Positions 1 through 8,088 of a DNA stretch of 64,000 bases are shown here, piece by piece. Numbering within the stretch: the stretch's first letter is position 1; the number at the start of each line of letters is the position of its first letter. Made by a program: the position numbers and the translations under genes. The stretch lies in NCBI RefSeq assembly GCF_055900595.2, contig NZ_CM148325.1; one strand, given 5' to 3'. The notes below the pieces were generated by a model. It did no database searches. It was not told the origin of the DNA and saw only the letters and a program-made list of their open reading frames with translations.

Positions 1-80
1 ATTTGTTTCCCCATCTACACGTTTATCGTCATATTTTTGTATAGCTATTCTCAGCATTCGTGGGTAGATTATTTTTTTTC

Positions 81-200
81 CAACCGCAGCGCATCCACAT
101 ACCGCCCCTCGCTGTTCTGCTGCCACAACCAGCCCAGCCCCTGCTGCGCCTGCGTTAACATTTTTGCTAGCCAGCACGGTCACGGCAGGCAATTCTATGA
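81..200 (-). pseudogene. Degenerate non-coding duplicate of the 3' end of the tagF-like gene
   Basis: About 110 bp (84-190) aligns colinearly with 1183-1290, the 3' coding end of the 1163-1933 gene, with about 13 mismatches counted by eye; similarity decays beyond. No intact minus-strand ORF covers it. Confidence 0.5.
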
Positions 201-206
201 CAGGTA

Positions 207-680
207 CTACTCATCCGTACAACCCAGCCCCCGGCGCTGAACCACTTCACTGGCAAACGTAGCTCCGGTTTTTTTCATTATTCCTTTTTGTATTTTTTGC
301 AGCGCGGGAAATGAGATTCTCCTGCATGAATCCTCTTCCCATATATCACCAGTTACAGGGCTAACTGAAAATAGTCCCCACACATCTGTCGCTCCGGCGG
401 AAGGAGAATCATAACCTACCCCAAAACTAAAATACCCAGGATGATACAGGTTACCTTTTTTATCTTTCAGAGAACCGTCAAGAAAAAACCCAGACAATTC
501 CACATTATATTTTTCATTTTTTAGTGAAAAAACCAATAATGCCTGCGCCTGTATTTCAGTAAGACCTGACTGGTTAACAGTCGTTAGATCAAACCGCGGC
601 ACATTCCTGATAAGAATTTCAGCACAACAATTCACGGACACGACCATGAAAAGCAATACTGATATTAATTTACAGGACAT
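207..680 (-). CDS. Putative T6SS immunity protein (N-terminal signal peptide or membrane anchor), cognate to the upstream effector candidate
   Basis: 157-aa ORF whose start overlaps the stop of the 665-1135 ORF by 16 nt. N-terminal hydrophobic stretch LISVLLFMVVSVNCCA. AT-rich relative to the flanking T6SS core. No recognisable catalytic motif. Confidence 0.45.
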   Translation of the reverse strand: MSCKLISVLLFMVVSVNCCAEILIRNVPRFDLTTVNQSGLTEIQAQALLVFSLKNEKYNVELSGFFLDGSLKDKKGNLYHPGYFSFGVGYDSPSAGATDVWGLFSVSPVTGDIWEEDSCRRISFPALQKIQKGIMKKTGATFASEVVQRRGLGCTDE

Positions 681-1135
681 GTTATTCTCCGCTTAACCAT
701 ATTAATCACCCCCACTAACTCACTAGCATAACCGGTATGGCCGCCATTACTGTTTTTACCTGAATTAAAACCAGAATCAATCAATGCCTGCGCAAATTGC
801 TCCGGAGATTTTTTATTTCTGACCGCATTACCAAATCGGATTGCAAAGGACTTTCCGCTAGTTGAAAAAGAGGTATAAGTGGCAACCCACACTTGATTAC
901 TCCCCAGCGGGTGAACCTGTCCTGACTGTAAAGGTGCCGGACCATGCATGGAAAAGTAGTTATTGTATTCTGTCGCGATTCTACCCTGCCCGTAAAAGGA
1001 CTCCTTTGCAGCAAGCCCCAGGATATTTTCCACAGGCACATCAAGTTGCTTAGCGATTAATTCACATTCTTTCAGATATTGCTGTACAAACCTGACTGCA
1101 CCAGTGTTATTACAGGCTTTATCATAAGACCCCAT
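665..1135 (-). CDS. Putative T6SS peptidoglycan hydrolase effector with FlgJ-like N-acetylglucosaminidase (GH73-like) domain
   Basis: 156-aa ORF with no signal peptide. LGLAAKESFYGQG resembles the AQAALESGWG motif of the FlgJ glucosaminidase domain, and YTSF...FAQALIDSGF resembles the downstream conserved block. Sits directly after tagF-like at the 3' end of the T6SS operon. Confidence 0.5.
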   Translation of the reverse strand: MGSYDKACNNTGAVRFVQQYLKECELIAKQLDVPVENILGLAAKESFYGQGRIATEYNNYFSMHGPAPLQSGQVHPLGSNQVWVATYTSFSTSGKSFAIRFGNAVRNKKSPEQFAQALIDSGFNSGKNSNGGHTGYASELVGVINMVKRRITCPVN

Positions 1136-1162
1136 GATTCACTACTCCTTGTCTGATTATTT

Positions 1163-1933
1163 TTAATGCGGCCGGATATCCAGCCGCAACGCATCCACAT
1201 ACCGCCCCTCGCTGTTCTGCTGCCAGAACCAGCCCTGCCCCTGCTGCGCCTGCGTCAGCATTTTGTCCGGCCAGCCCGGCCACGGCAGGTGGCGCACACC
1301 GGGCAGTTCCACTACCGGCACGTCCGGCAGGCCGGTGAGTTCCCGGCTACGCTGCGGTACACGTCGTAAGCCGCGTAGCCACTGCGCCCAGCGCGGCCCC
1401 GGTCGCCACATCGCCCAGAGCTGGTCTGTCTGCTCCGCCAGTCGACCGCAGCGTTCTGTCTGTGGTGAGACATGAGCTGCCGTCAACTGCGCCAGCCAGT
1501 ACAGCCAGCCCTGTGTGTCATCCAGGCTCTCTTCCAGCCATTCCCGCCCGACACGCTGGTAAATCACCAGTGGCCACGGCCTGCCCGTACTGTCACGCGA
1601 GGCGGTCAGCACCCCGGTCAGCCACTCATCGCGCCCGCCAATGGGGAGAAATCCCGGCGACAGCACAAAACTCCACGGCAATGGGTGGTGCTCCGGTAGT
1701 GCCGTTTTCTCACGTGGTGACAGGTGCATCCAGCCGTCATTTGTTCCGGCCTTCTCGGCATCCGCGCCGTCCGGCACCACGATATGCCGCCCCTGTCCCA
1801 GCCACGTCTGCTGGTTCAGCCACGCCTGCCACACCTGCCCTTCGTTCGCGCTCACCCGCCAGCGCACGTAGTCCCGCTGGTCCGGCAGTCTGCCGAACAT
1901 CGCCGGAGCCGATACCTCTGCCCGGCGCATCAC
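1163..1933 (-). CDS. tagF: T6SS-associated protein, TagF-like (ImpM/DUF2094 type; position equivalent to SciT of Salmonella SPI-6)
   Basis: 256-aa ORF; start overlaps the tssM stop (translational coupling). Call rests on gene order after tssM and on size; family assignment is from memory, not motif-verified. Confidence 0.5.
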   Translation of the reverse strand: MMRRAEVSAPAMFGRLPDQRDYVRWRVSANEGQVWQAWLNQQTWLGQGRHIVVPDGADAEKAGTNDGWMHLSPREKTALPEHHPLPWSFVLSPGFLPIGGRDEWLTGVLTASRDSTGRPWPLVIYQRVGREWLEESLDDTQGWLYWLAQLTAAHVSPQTERCGRLAEQTDQLWAMWRPGPRWAQWLRGLRRVPQRSRELTGLPDVPVVELPGVRHLPWPGWPDKMLTQAQQGQGWFWQQNSEGRYVDALRLDIRPH

Positions 1934-4900
1934 AGCGCTCGCTCCGGGCAGGCGAAGCGTTGCAATAGCCCGCGGTTCACCGGGTCAAAATCCCGTCCGG
2001 CGGTGATTTCCAGCACCACCCGCCGCCCGTCAAAACTGTACTCCACCTGCTGTGTTCCCCGTACCACCGTCTCCTGCGCGTTACCCGCATCCAGCAGGTG
2101 AAACAGCGCCCATGGCCCGTTAGTCAGCAACGTCGAGGTGTCCTGGCGGATGCGCGGGCTGGCGGTGATTTCCGCCATTGAGCCGTTGCGCGGCCCCGGC
2201 CAGTTCACTTTCAGCGGCCTGACCGGGCCGTGAGCGTAGCGAAGCACCTGGCCGTCAATGTCAATCACCAGTTCGGTGATGGCAGGGTCCATATCCACCA
2301 CCCGCACCTGCATCGCCCAGGAAAACTTTTTCCCGCCTTCCCCATTAAAAAAAACGCTGCGGATCTGTTTCGCCTCCTGAAACGGTGTCAGGTCCGGCCC
2401 AAGCAACGTCATGTTGCCTTCGGTCGGTTTGTAGCGCCACGGGTTGCTGGCGGTGTCCGCCAGTGGGGCCAGTTGCTTCGTCCAGAACGCATCCAGCACG
2501 CCGCCGCTGGCAAAGATATGGTTAAAATCGTCCGCGCTGACTTCCTGCGGGCTGTCGGTGAAGGGGTAGCGCCCGTCGATGGCGTCGCGGCACTCATCAC
2601 CGATCACCGCTTCCATCTGCGCGTTCAGCACTTCACCGGTGCCGGCGTTGATTTTTCGCGTTCCCTGCTGCGTGAGATCCAGCAGAATATTTTTCAGTGG
2701 CGCGGGCAGTTTTGCCGCCTCCAATTGCAGTTTATCCGCCGCAGAAATGCGGCCAGGTAATGTGCTCGCTGCCAGTGCACTATCAGCGATGGTGAGCTGG
2801 GTGTAATACTCATTGAGCATCGTCAGCAGCGAATTTAACTGCGGCGCGCCGCCGCCCTGCCCGCTGTCTGTCCGCCCGGAAACCACTTCCCGCAAGGCGG
2901 CGAAACGGTCATCCACCAGTGATTTCTCTAGCCGCTCTTCCGGGTGGATGTCCTGCAATAGCTTTGCCGTCTGCACTGCTTTTCCCACATTGCCGGAGAG
3001 CCGGTCCTGCGTGCGCTGGGCCATCTGCTTTTGTCTGGCCTGCGCATCCAGCGGCGGCACCAGCGTGGTCTGCTCCACCACCGCTTTACTCAGGCGCATC
3101 AGCGGGGAATCCGGCGAGGCCAGGGTACGCAGCACCTGAAGGTCATACGCCAGCCCGGGACTGCCGTCTTCCCCGGCACTGTTGATGCTGTGAATACTGG
3201 CCAGAAAATCCTGCCAGCGGCGGGCATATTCAGCCAGGTACAGGCGGCGTACCTCACGGGTAACCGGGAGTTCCTGCCCCGGCAACTGGCTCATCACAAT
3301 ATCCGTCGTTTTTTTTTGCGTGTTTTCCCGGCCCATCACCCAGGCGTCGTCCGCTGATGCGGCTGCGACAAACTCCGACAGCCGTTTGTCGAACAGTTCC
3401 CGGTAGCCTTCGCGAGTGAAGATGCCGGGCACGCCCCGATCCAGCGGCGCGCCATCCGTGCGGACAAAAACCGTTCCCGCATCCGCGCCCACAGCGCGAA
3501 CCAGCGAAAACTCCTGCGGTGCTTCGCTCTCCATGGAAGCCAGGGCTCGAGTGTAGATACGCTCGGTGCTGGTATGGCCGTCAAGGAAAGCTCGCGCCTG
3601 GCGGATCAGCCCCTCATCTTTTTCCCAGGGCAAATGCACCACGCGGCTGCCGTCAAACAGGGCATCGATATGCTCCAGCACGGCGGCGCGACCGCCGAAC
3701 TCCGCCACGCTGTCGCGGTTGCCCAGGTCGTTCAGCACCCAGGCGTGGATCTCCGCCGCGTTGTATTTATCCTCGTGGTCCTTATCGAGGTTCAGCAACA
3801 GATAAACATGCAGGGCGTCATAGGCGGCTTTGCTGTCCTGACGCGCAATCGCATCCGAAAGCACGTATTCCATGCGTTTCACCAGCGGTGGCAGCAGTAA
3901 CTGGTCCAGCAGACGGTCATACAGGGATGCGACGCTCTCCATCACCGGCGGAACGCTGTAAAGACCATAACACCAGGCCAGCGGCGGCGAGTCCGGGTCC
4001 AGTCCCGGCCATGCAGAGAGCGCCCGTGCCTGGTTCAGCAGGGCCGGAACAGGCTGCATAGCAGGTTTTCCGGTATAGGCTTTGACATCACCATCCAGTT
4101 GGGTCGTCCGGCTGGCGATTTCATTCAGATAACCGCTGTTCCCCTGCTGGCTACCCTGCATGCCCTGCCACAACCAGAAAGCCAGCGCCAGTACCAGCAG
4201 ATGCCCGCCAGTACGCAGCAGGCGATAACGCCAGGCCCATTGAAGATTCGGCTCCACCAGGTGCGCTTCGCGGAAGATAAACTGCGTCAGTAGATCGTGC
4301 AGGAAATAGCTGCGGTTGCCGTCCGGCAGGGTATGGGATGGGGAATCAGCCTTCCCTTTGATCGCCCGGACAAAACGCTGCCAGATGCCCGACTGGTCAG
4401 CCACGGCGTCTGCCTGCGCCTGCGCGGCGCTGGTAAAAAATACGCCGCGCAGGGTGTTGTTAAGCTGGGTGGCGTCAAATTTTGAGTCGAGGAAAATCTG
4501 CTCAATGGCTTCCAGCAGCGGCGCACCCAGCGCGGCAAATTCACGCGGGAAGCGGTAGAGCCGCTGGCGGCTTTGAAGGTCGTACTCTTCCTGCAACCGG
4601 GTATCCAGCCCCTGATCCAGCCGCAGCGTCAGGTTTGCCAGTTCCCGGCCACAGAGCGCATGCAGCGACTGCGGATCGCTGGCGTGACGCCTGCGGCTGT
4701 AAGGCAGGGTGAAGCCCCAAACCTGGGCGCGCAGGTGGCTGGTCAGCCCGTGGAAATACTCCGTAAAGCCCGGCAGCAGATCCATTTTGGTGACGACCAG
4801 ATAGACCGGAAAACGAATACCCAGCGTCTCCCGCAGTTCCGCCAGCCGCGCACGCAGGGCCGCACAGGCAGCCAGTCGTTCCGCCGGGGACTGCGCGGTC

Positions 4901-5796
4901 AGATCCGCCACGTTCAGCGTCAGGATCACACCGTTGAGCGGTGCGCCAGGGCGGTGCTTACGCAGCAGCCCAAGAAACCCCTGCCACTCCCCGGCGTTAC
5001 GCTGAGTCGCGCTGATTTCGCCGCCGTCATCGTGGCGGGCATAGCGCCCGGCGGTATCGATGAGTACAGCCTCGTTGGTGAACCACCAGTCACAGTGCAG
5101 CGTGCCGCCGCCCGGCACGGTGAGGATATGCGCGGTCTGCTCCATCTGCTCCGCCAGCGGAAACTGTAGCCCGGTGTTAAGTAGCGCGGTGGTTTTGCCA
5201 TCGCCGGGGCTGCCGATAACCATAAACCACGGCAGTTCGTACAGGAAGCGCTTCCCTTCCAGGACCTTACGCCAGCCGGGCAGGTCCACCCGCAGTTGTT
5301 TCAGTTGCCGGATGGCACGGGTGACAATATGGCTGACCGTGCGCAGGTCGGCTTTAATTTCCCCGGCCACCGGCACGTCTTCCCCGCGCGGATGCAGGAA
5401 ACGGCGCAGCAGTTGTTCATCCAGGCGCAGCGCCCGCCACAGTCGGTACAGGCCATAAAGCGCATAAGTCAGCAGGATCAGGCCGATAAGCGTCAGACGC
5501 AGCCACAGCGGCGCAAACGGGCGAACGTCACCGAAGGCCAGCAGGGGTGAAACAAAACCGATGACCAGGCACAGAACCGTTACGCCAATGATGCTCATCG
5601 ACCAGTTCACCAGCCACAGGGCGAGGAACATCAGTAACAGAACGATGGTGACTACCCGGCTCCCCACAGATGCCAGCGGATGCAGGGTATCAAACGCCAC
5701 CAGCGGCCCGATAAACCAGACCAGCAACGCCAGCATCACCACGCCGACAACGGCCAGCGCGCGGCGGGAAAACAGCATACTGAGAAATTTTTGCAT
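1930..5796 (-). CDS. tssM: T6SS membrane complex protein TssM (IcmF family)
   Basis: 1288-aa ORF with N-terminal transmembrane helices, Walker A motif GSPGDGKTT, and a large C-terminal periplasmic region. Coupled to the upstream and downstream genes. Confidence 0.9.
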   Translation of the reverse strand: MQKFLSMLFSRRALAVVGVVMLALLVWFIGPLVAFDTLHPLASVGSRVVTIVLLLMFLALWLVNWSMSIIGVTVLCLVIGFVSPLLAFGDVRPFAPLWLRLTLIGLILLTYALYGLYRLWRALRLDEQLLRRFLHPRGEDVPVAGEIKADLRTVSHIVTRAIRQLKQLRVDLPGWRKVLEGKRFLYELPWFMVIGSPGDGKTTALLNTGLQFPLAEQMEQTAHILTVPGGGTLHCDWWFTNEAVLIDTAGRYARHDDGGEISATQRNAGEWQGFLGLLRKHRPGAPLNGVILTLNVADLTAQSPAERLAACAALRARLAELRETLGIRFPVYLVVTKMDLLPGFTEYFHGLTSHLRAQVWGFTLPYSRRRHASDPQSLHALCGRELANLTLRLDQGLDTRLQEEYDLQSRQRLYRFPREFAALGAPLLEAIEQIFLDSKFDATQLNNTLRGVFFTSAAQAQADAVADQSGIWQRFVRAIKGKADSPSHTLPDGNRSYFLHDLLTQFIFREAHLVEPNLQWAWRYRLLRTGGHLLVLALAFWLWQGMQGSQQGNSGYLNEIASRTTQLDGDVKAYTGKPAMQPVPALLNQARALSAWPGLDPDSPPLAWCYGLYSVPPVMESVASLYDRLLDQLLLPPLVKRMEYVLSDAIARQDSKAAYDALHVYLLLNLDKDHEDKYNAAEIHAWVLNDLGNRDSVAEFGGRAAVLEHIDALFDGSRVVHLPWEKDEGLIRQARAFLDGHTSTERIYTRALASMESEAPQEFSLVRAVGADAGTVFVRTDGAPLDRGVPGIFTREGYRELFDKRLSEFVAAASADDAWVMGRENTQKKTTDIVMSQLPGQELPVTREVRRLYLAEYARRWQDFLASIHSINSAGEDGSPGLAYDLQVLRTLASPDSPLMRLSKAVVEQTTLVPPLDAQARQKQMAQRTQDRLSGNVGKAVQTAKLLQDIHPEERLEKSLVDDRFAALREVVSGRTDSGQGGGAPQLNSLLTMLNEYYTQLTIADSALAASTLPGRISAADKLQLEAAKLPAPLKNILLDLTQQGTRKINAGTGEVLNAQMEAVIGDECRDAIDGRYPFTDSPQEVSADDFNHIFASGGVLDAFWTKQLAPLADTASNPWRYKPTEGNMTLLGPDLTPFQEAKQIRSVFFNGEGGKKFSWAMQVRVVDMDPAITELVIDIDGQVLRYAHGPVRPLKVNWPGPRNGSMAEITASPRIRQDTSTLLTNGPWALFHLLDAGNAQETVVRGTQQVEYSFDGRRVVLEITAGRDFDPVNRGLLQRFACPERAL

Positions 5797-6083
5797 TATT
5801 GTTCAGAACTCCATGCGAGAATCAGTAATAGCAAAATGCCGCAAGCTGAAAAAATCCTTCCAGTACGGGCTACTGAAAGAAAATAAAGAGCAATCTGAAC
5901 AATTATCAAAATAAAATAAATCAACATTTTGATTATTTCTCTGTTCCCATTTCCCTGAGGCAACGTTGTCATTGAAGGATCCATATCCTGCATCCATTGA
6001 TACTCATTCCCGGAAAAAAGCATGATGATGATCAGACCCATAATGAATAACAACCATCCTGATATCTGAATTATTCTTCTCAC
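5796..6083 (-). CDS. Small predicted 3-TM inner-membrane protein of unknown function (SciR-position gene)
   Basis: 95-aa ORF with three hydrophobic segments (IIQISGWLLFIMGLIIIMLF, MLIYFILIIVQIALYFL, IFSACGILLLLILAW). Its stop overlaps the tssM start. Strongly AT-rich. Confidence 0.45.
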   Translation of the reverse strand: MRRIIQISGWLLFIMGLIIIMLFSGNEYQWMQDMDPSMTTLPQGNGNREIIKMLIYFILIIVQIALYFLSVARTGRIFSACGILLLLILAWSSEQ

Positions 6084-6091
6084 GAAGACTC

Positions 6092-6766
6092 CTAATGGGC
6101 GATGAGTAAATTAGAGAAATGCAACCAGTTGTTGACAATAAAATTGCCATAGCTGGTATCTTCCTTTATTTTCTCCAGAGTAAGCGACATACCCCGGTTA
6201 TAACGGGCACCAATAATTCTTATCTGCTCTTTCGTCAGGTGTGGTAAGGAGGACTGAAATTCATCTCTTTCAGCTAATTGATAAAGATGTCTGGCCACAA
6301 GTTGAATATTAAAAATATCATGCTGGAGGCAATTTGCCAGTTCACGCAATTGAGAGGTATCCATTTTTGACTCATCAAGCCCAAGCGTTCTGGCTGCGGT
6401 TCGCAATTGCATACTCACTGCACCAAAAGATGTTTTTTCTGGTCTCGAAGTTATTGTGATATGTTCATCAATCCACTCAGGCCCACTCCAGTCAATAGTC
6501 CGAGCATCAAATGCCAGCATATCTACAATACTGGGATCCCCCCCGACTTCTATCCAACACACACCTGCCAGTAAAGGTGCTGGCAAATTATATGTATTGG
6601 CAGCCGATGTTATCAGAAGATGGTTATGTTTTACCCAGCCATCTTTGAAATAACGCCCAAACGGTACACCACCGCCCCATTTTTTTGGCGCTAATTTCCA
6701 GAAAAGAAATTCGGTCACGCCCCATACCGGTGAATGATTCGATGCATTGCAGTCCAGATTATTCAT
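6092..6766 (-). CDS. Hypothetical protein with lysozyme/lytic-transglycosylase-like motifs (SciQ-position gene); candidate peptidoglycan-active accessory or effector
   Basis: ORF 6092-6775. ATG at 6766 has GGAG 8 nt upstream; an alternative GTG at 6775 overlaps the tssL stop. Motif series WIEVGG ... GAVSMQL ... GARYNRG is reminiscent of SLT-domain E / GLMQ / AYNxG motifs but with atypical spacing. No signal peptide. AT-rich. Confidence 0.4.
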   Translation of the reverse strand: MNNLDCNASNHSPVWGVTEFLFWKLAPKKWGGGVPFGRYFKDGWVKHNHLLITSAANTYNLPAPLLAGVCWIEVGGDPSIVDMLAFDARTIDWSGPEWIDEHITITSRPEKTSFGAVSMQLRTAARTLGLDESKMDTSQLRELANCLQHDIFNIQLVARHLYQLAERDEFQSSLPHLTKEQIRIIGARYNRGMSLTLEKIKEDTSYGNFIVNNWLHFSNLLIAH

Positions 6767-6771
6767 TTTTC

Positions 6772-8088
6772 TCACTCCACCACCAGAATTTCCACCCGAC
6801 GGTTCTGCGCCCGTCCGGTTTTAGTGCTGTTATCGGCCACCGGTACGGTATCTCCTTTCCCGACGACCCGAATCCGGCTGACCGGAACACCACCGGACGT
6901 CAGCAGTGAAGCCACTTCCGTCGCCCGTTTTTCCGACAACACCTGGTTGGAGGGGAATTCAGCGGAGTGGATCGGCTGACTGTCGGTGTGTCCGGTCACC
7001 GTCACCGCGCCGCCCACACGCGCAATCTCTCGCGCGGCCTTATCAATCACCGGGCTTAGCGCATCATTCACGGTTTTCTGCCCTGGTATAAACATCGTAT
7101 CGCCACGAAAGATTACACGGCTGTGATGGTCATCTTCCTCCACCGTCAGCAGGCCACGGGCGATTTCGTTCGCCAGCAGGATTTTCAGCCGCAGTTTATG
7201 CACTGGAACGGGTGGCGGCGGTAGATTTTTACCAATGGCGTCGATACGCTGTTGTACGGTTTCGATAGCGAGGTTCATCCGGTGGCTGTAAAGGCCAAAC
7301 AGCGTCAGCATCACCAGCAGGGCGATTCCGGCACTCAGCCAGACCGGCACGCGGCGCATCCGTCGCATTCGCCCACTGACGGCACCGGCAAAACCCGGCG
7401 AGAGCGTCGGCGTGATCGGATCGCGACGCTGGACCAGTTGAGTCAGCAGTTGCTGACGAATATCGTCCAGTTGTTTACGTCCGTCAGGCCGTACACTGTA
7501 GCGGCCTTCAAAACCCAGCCCCAGAATGTGGTAAATGATCTCCAGTACATCGTTGTGCTCCTGGAAGCTTGCGGCCAGACGCCCAATTATCTGAAACAGC
7601 TTGATGCCGCCTTCACTTTCGCCATGAAAAGTGACCAGCAGGCTTTTTCCAGCCCAGACACCGCGCCGCCCCCAGGTGGTGTTGTTGGCGGCTTCGTCCA
7701 GCGAAGTGCATAGGCAATAACGCACAGCCAGCACATGTTCGCGGCGAAGGTTTGCCTGATCGCATAACGTCTGATATCGACGAACTTCACGCTCCAGTAG
7801 GGCACGATAATGTTCGACAAAACCAGGGGATAGTTCACGGGGCATTTGCGCCAGCGCGCACAGCAGAGGGCTTGCCGCCGCTAAAAGGGGATTCACGGCA
7901 GCGGTGATTTCAGCCAGCCGGATCTTCACATCCGGGCCGTCTTCAACCACCACCTTTATATCTTCCCTGCGAAGGTTGTCCTGTATTGCCGTATCGTAAC
8001 CGTCACTGTCGGGCAGTTTTACTCCCCCGGCTGATGGCTGGAAGGGCAGGGTATTCGCCGCAGGCGGCGTCAGGATCTCATCGGTCAT
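6772..8088 (-). CDS. tssL: T6SS membrane protein TssL (DotU-like) with C-terminal OmpA/MotB-like peptidoglycan-binding domain
   Basis: 438-aa ORF with a DotU-like N-terminal region, one TM segment (VWLSAGIALLVMLTLFGLY), and a C-terminal OmpA-like region (TVTGHTDSQP...SEKRA...NRRVEI). Overlaps the tssK stop. Confidence 0.85.
   Translation of the reverse strand: MTDEILTPPAANTLPFQPSAGGVKLPDSDGYDTAIQDNLRREDIKVVVEDGPDVKIRLAEITAAVNPLLAAASPLLCALAQMPRELSPGFVEHYRALLEREVRRYQTLCDQANLRREHVLAVRYCLCTSLDEAANNTTWGRRGVWAGKSLLVTFHGESEGGIKLFQIIGRLAASFQEHNDVLEIIYHILGLGFEGRYSVRPDGRKQLDDIRQQLLTQLVQRRDPITPTLSPGFAGAVSGRMRRMRRVPVWLSAGIALLVMLTLFGLYSHRMNLAIETVQQRIDAIGKNLPPPPVPVHKLRLKILLANEIARGLLTVEEDDHHSRVIFRGDTMFIPGQKTVNDALSPVIDKAAREIARVGGAVTVTGHTDSQPIHSAEFPSNQVLSEKRATEVASLLTSGGVPVSRIRVVGKGDTVPVADNSTKTGRAQNRRVEILVVE

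Noticed and set aside
37-240. 67-aa plus-strand ORF at the window start
   Set aside because: It lies antisense to the degenerate tagF 3'-end duplicate and has no start context; most likely a shadow ORF in GC-rich remnant sequence.
1462-5550. Numerous plus-strand ORFs (up to 198 aa) across tagF and tssM
   Set aside because: Arg/Pro/Ala-rich reverse-frame products of GC-rich coding DNA; they overlap the clearly real tssM and tagF genes.
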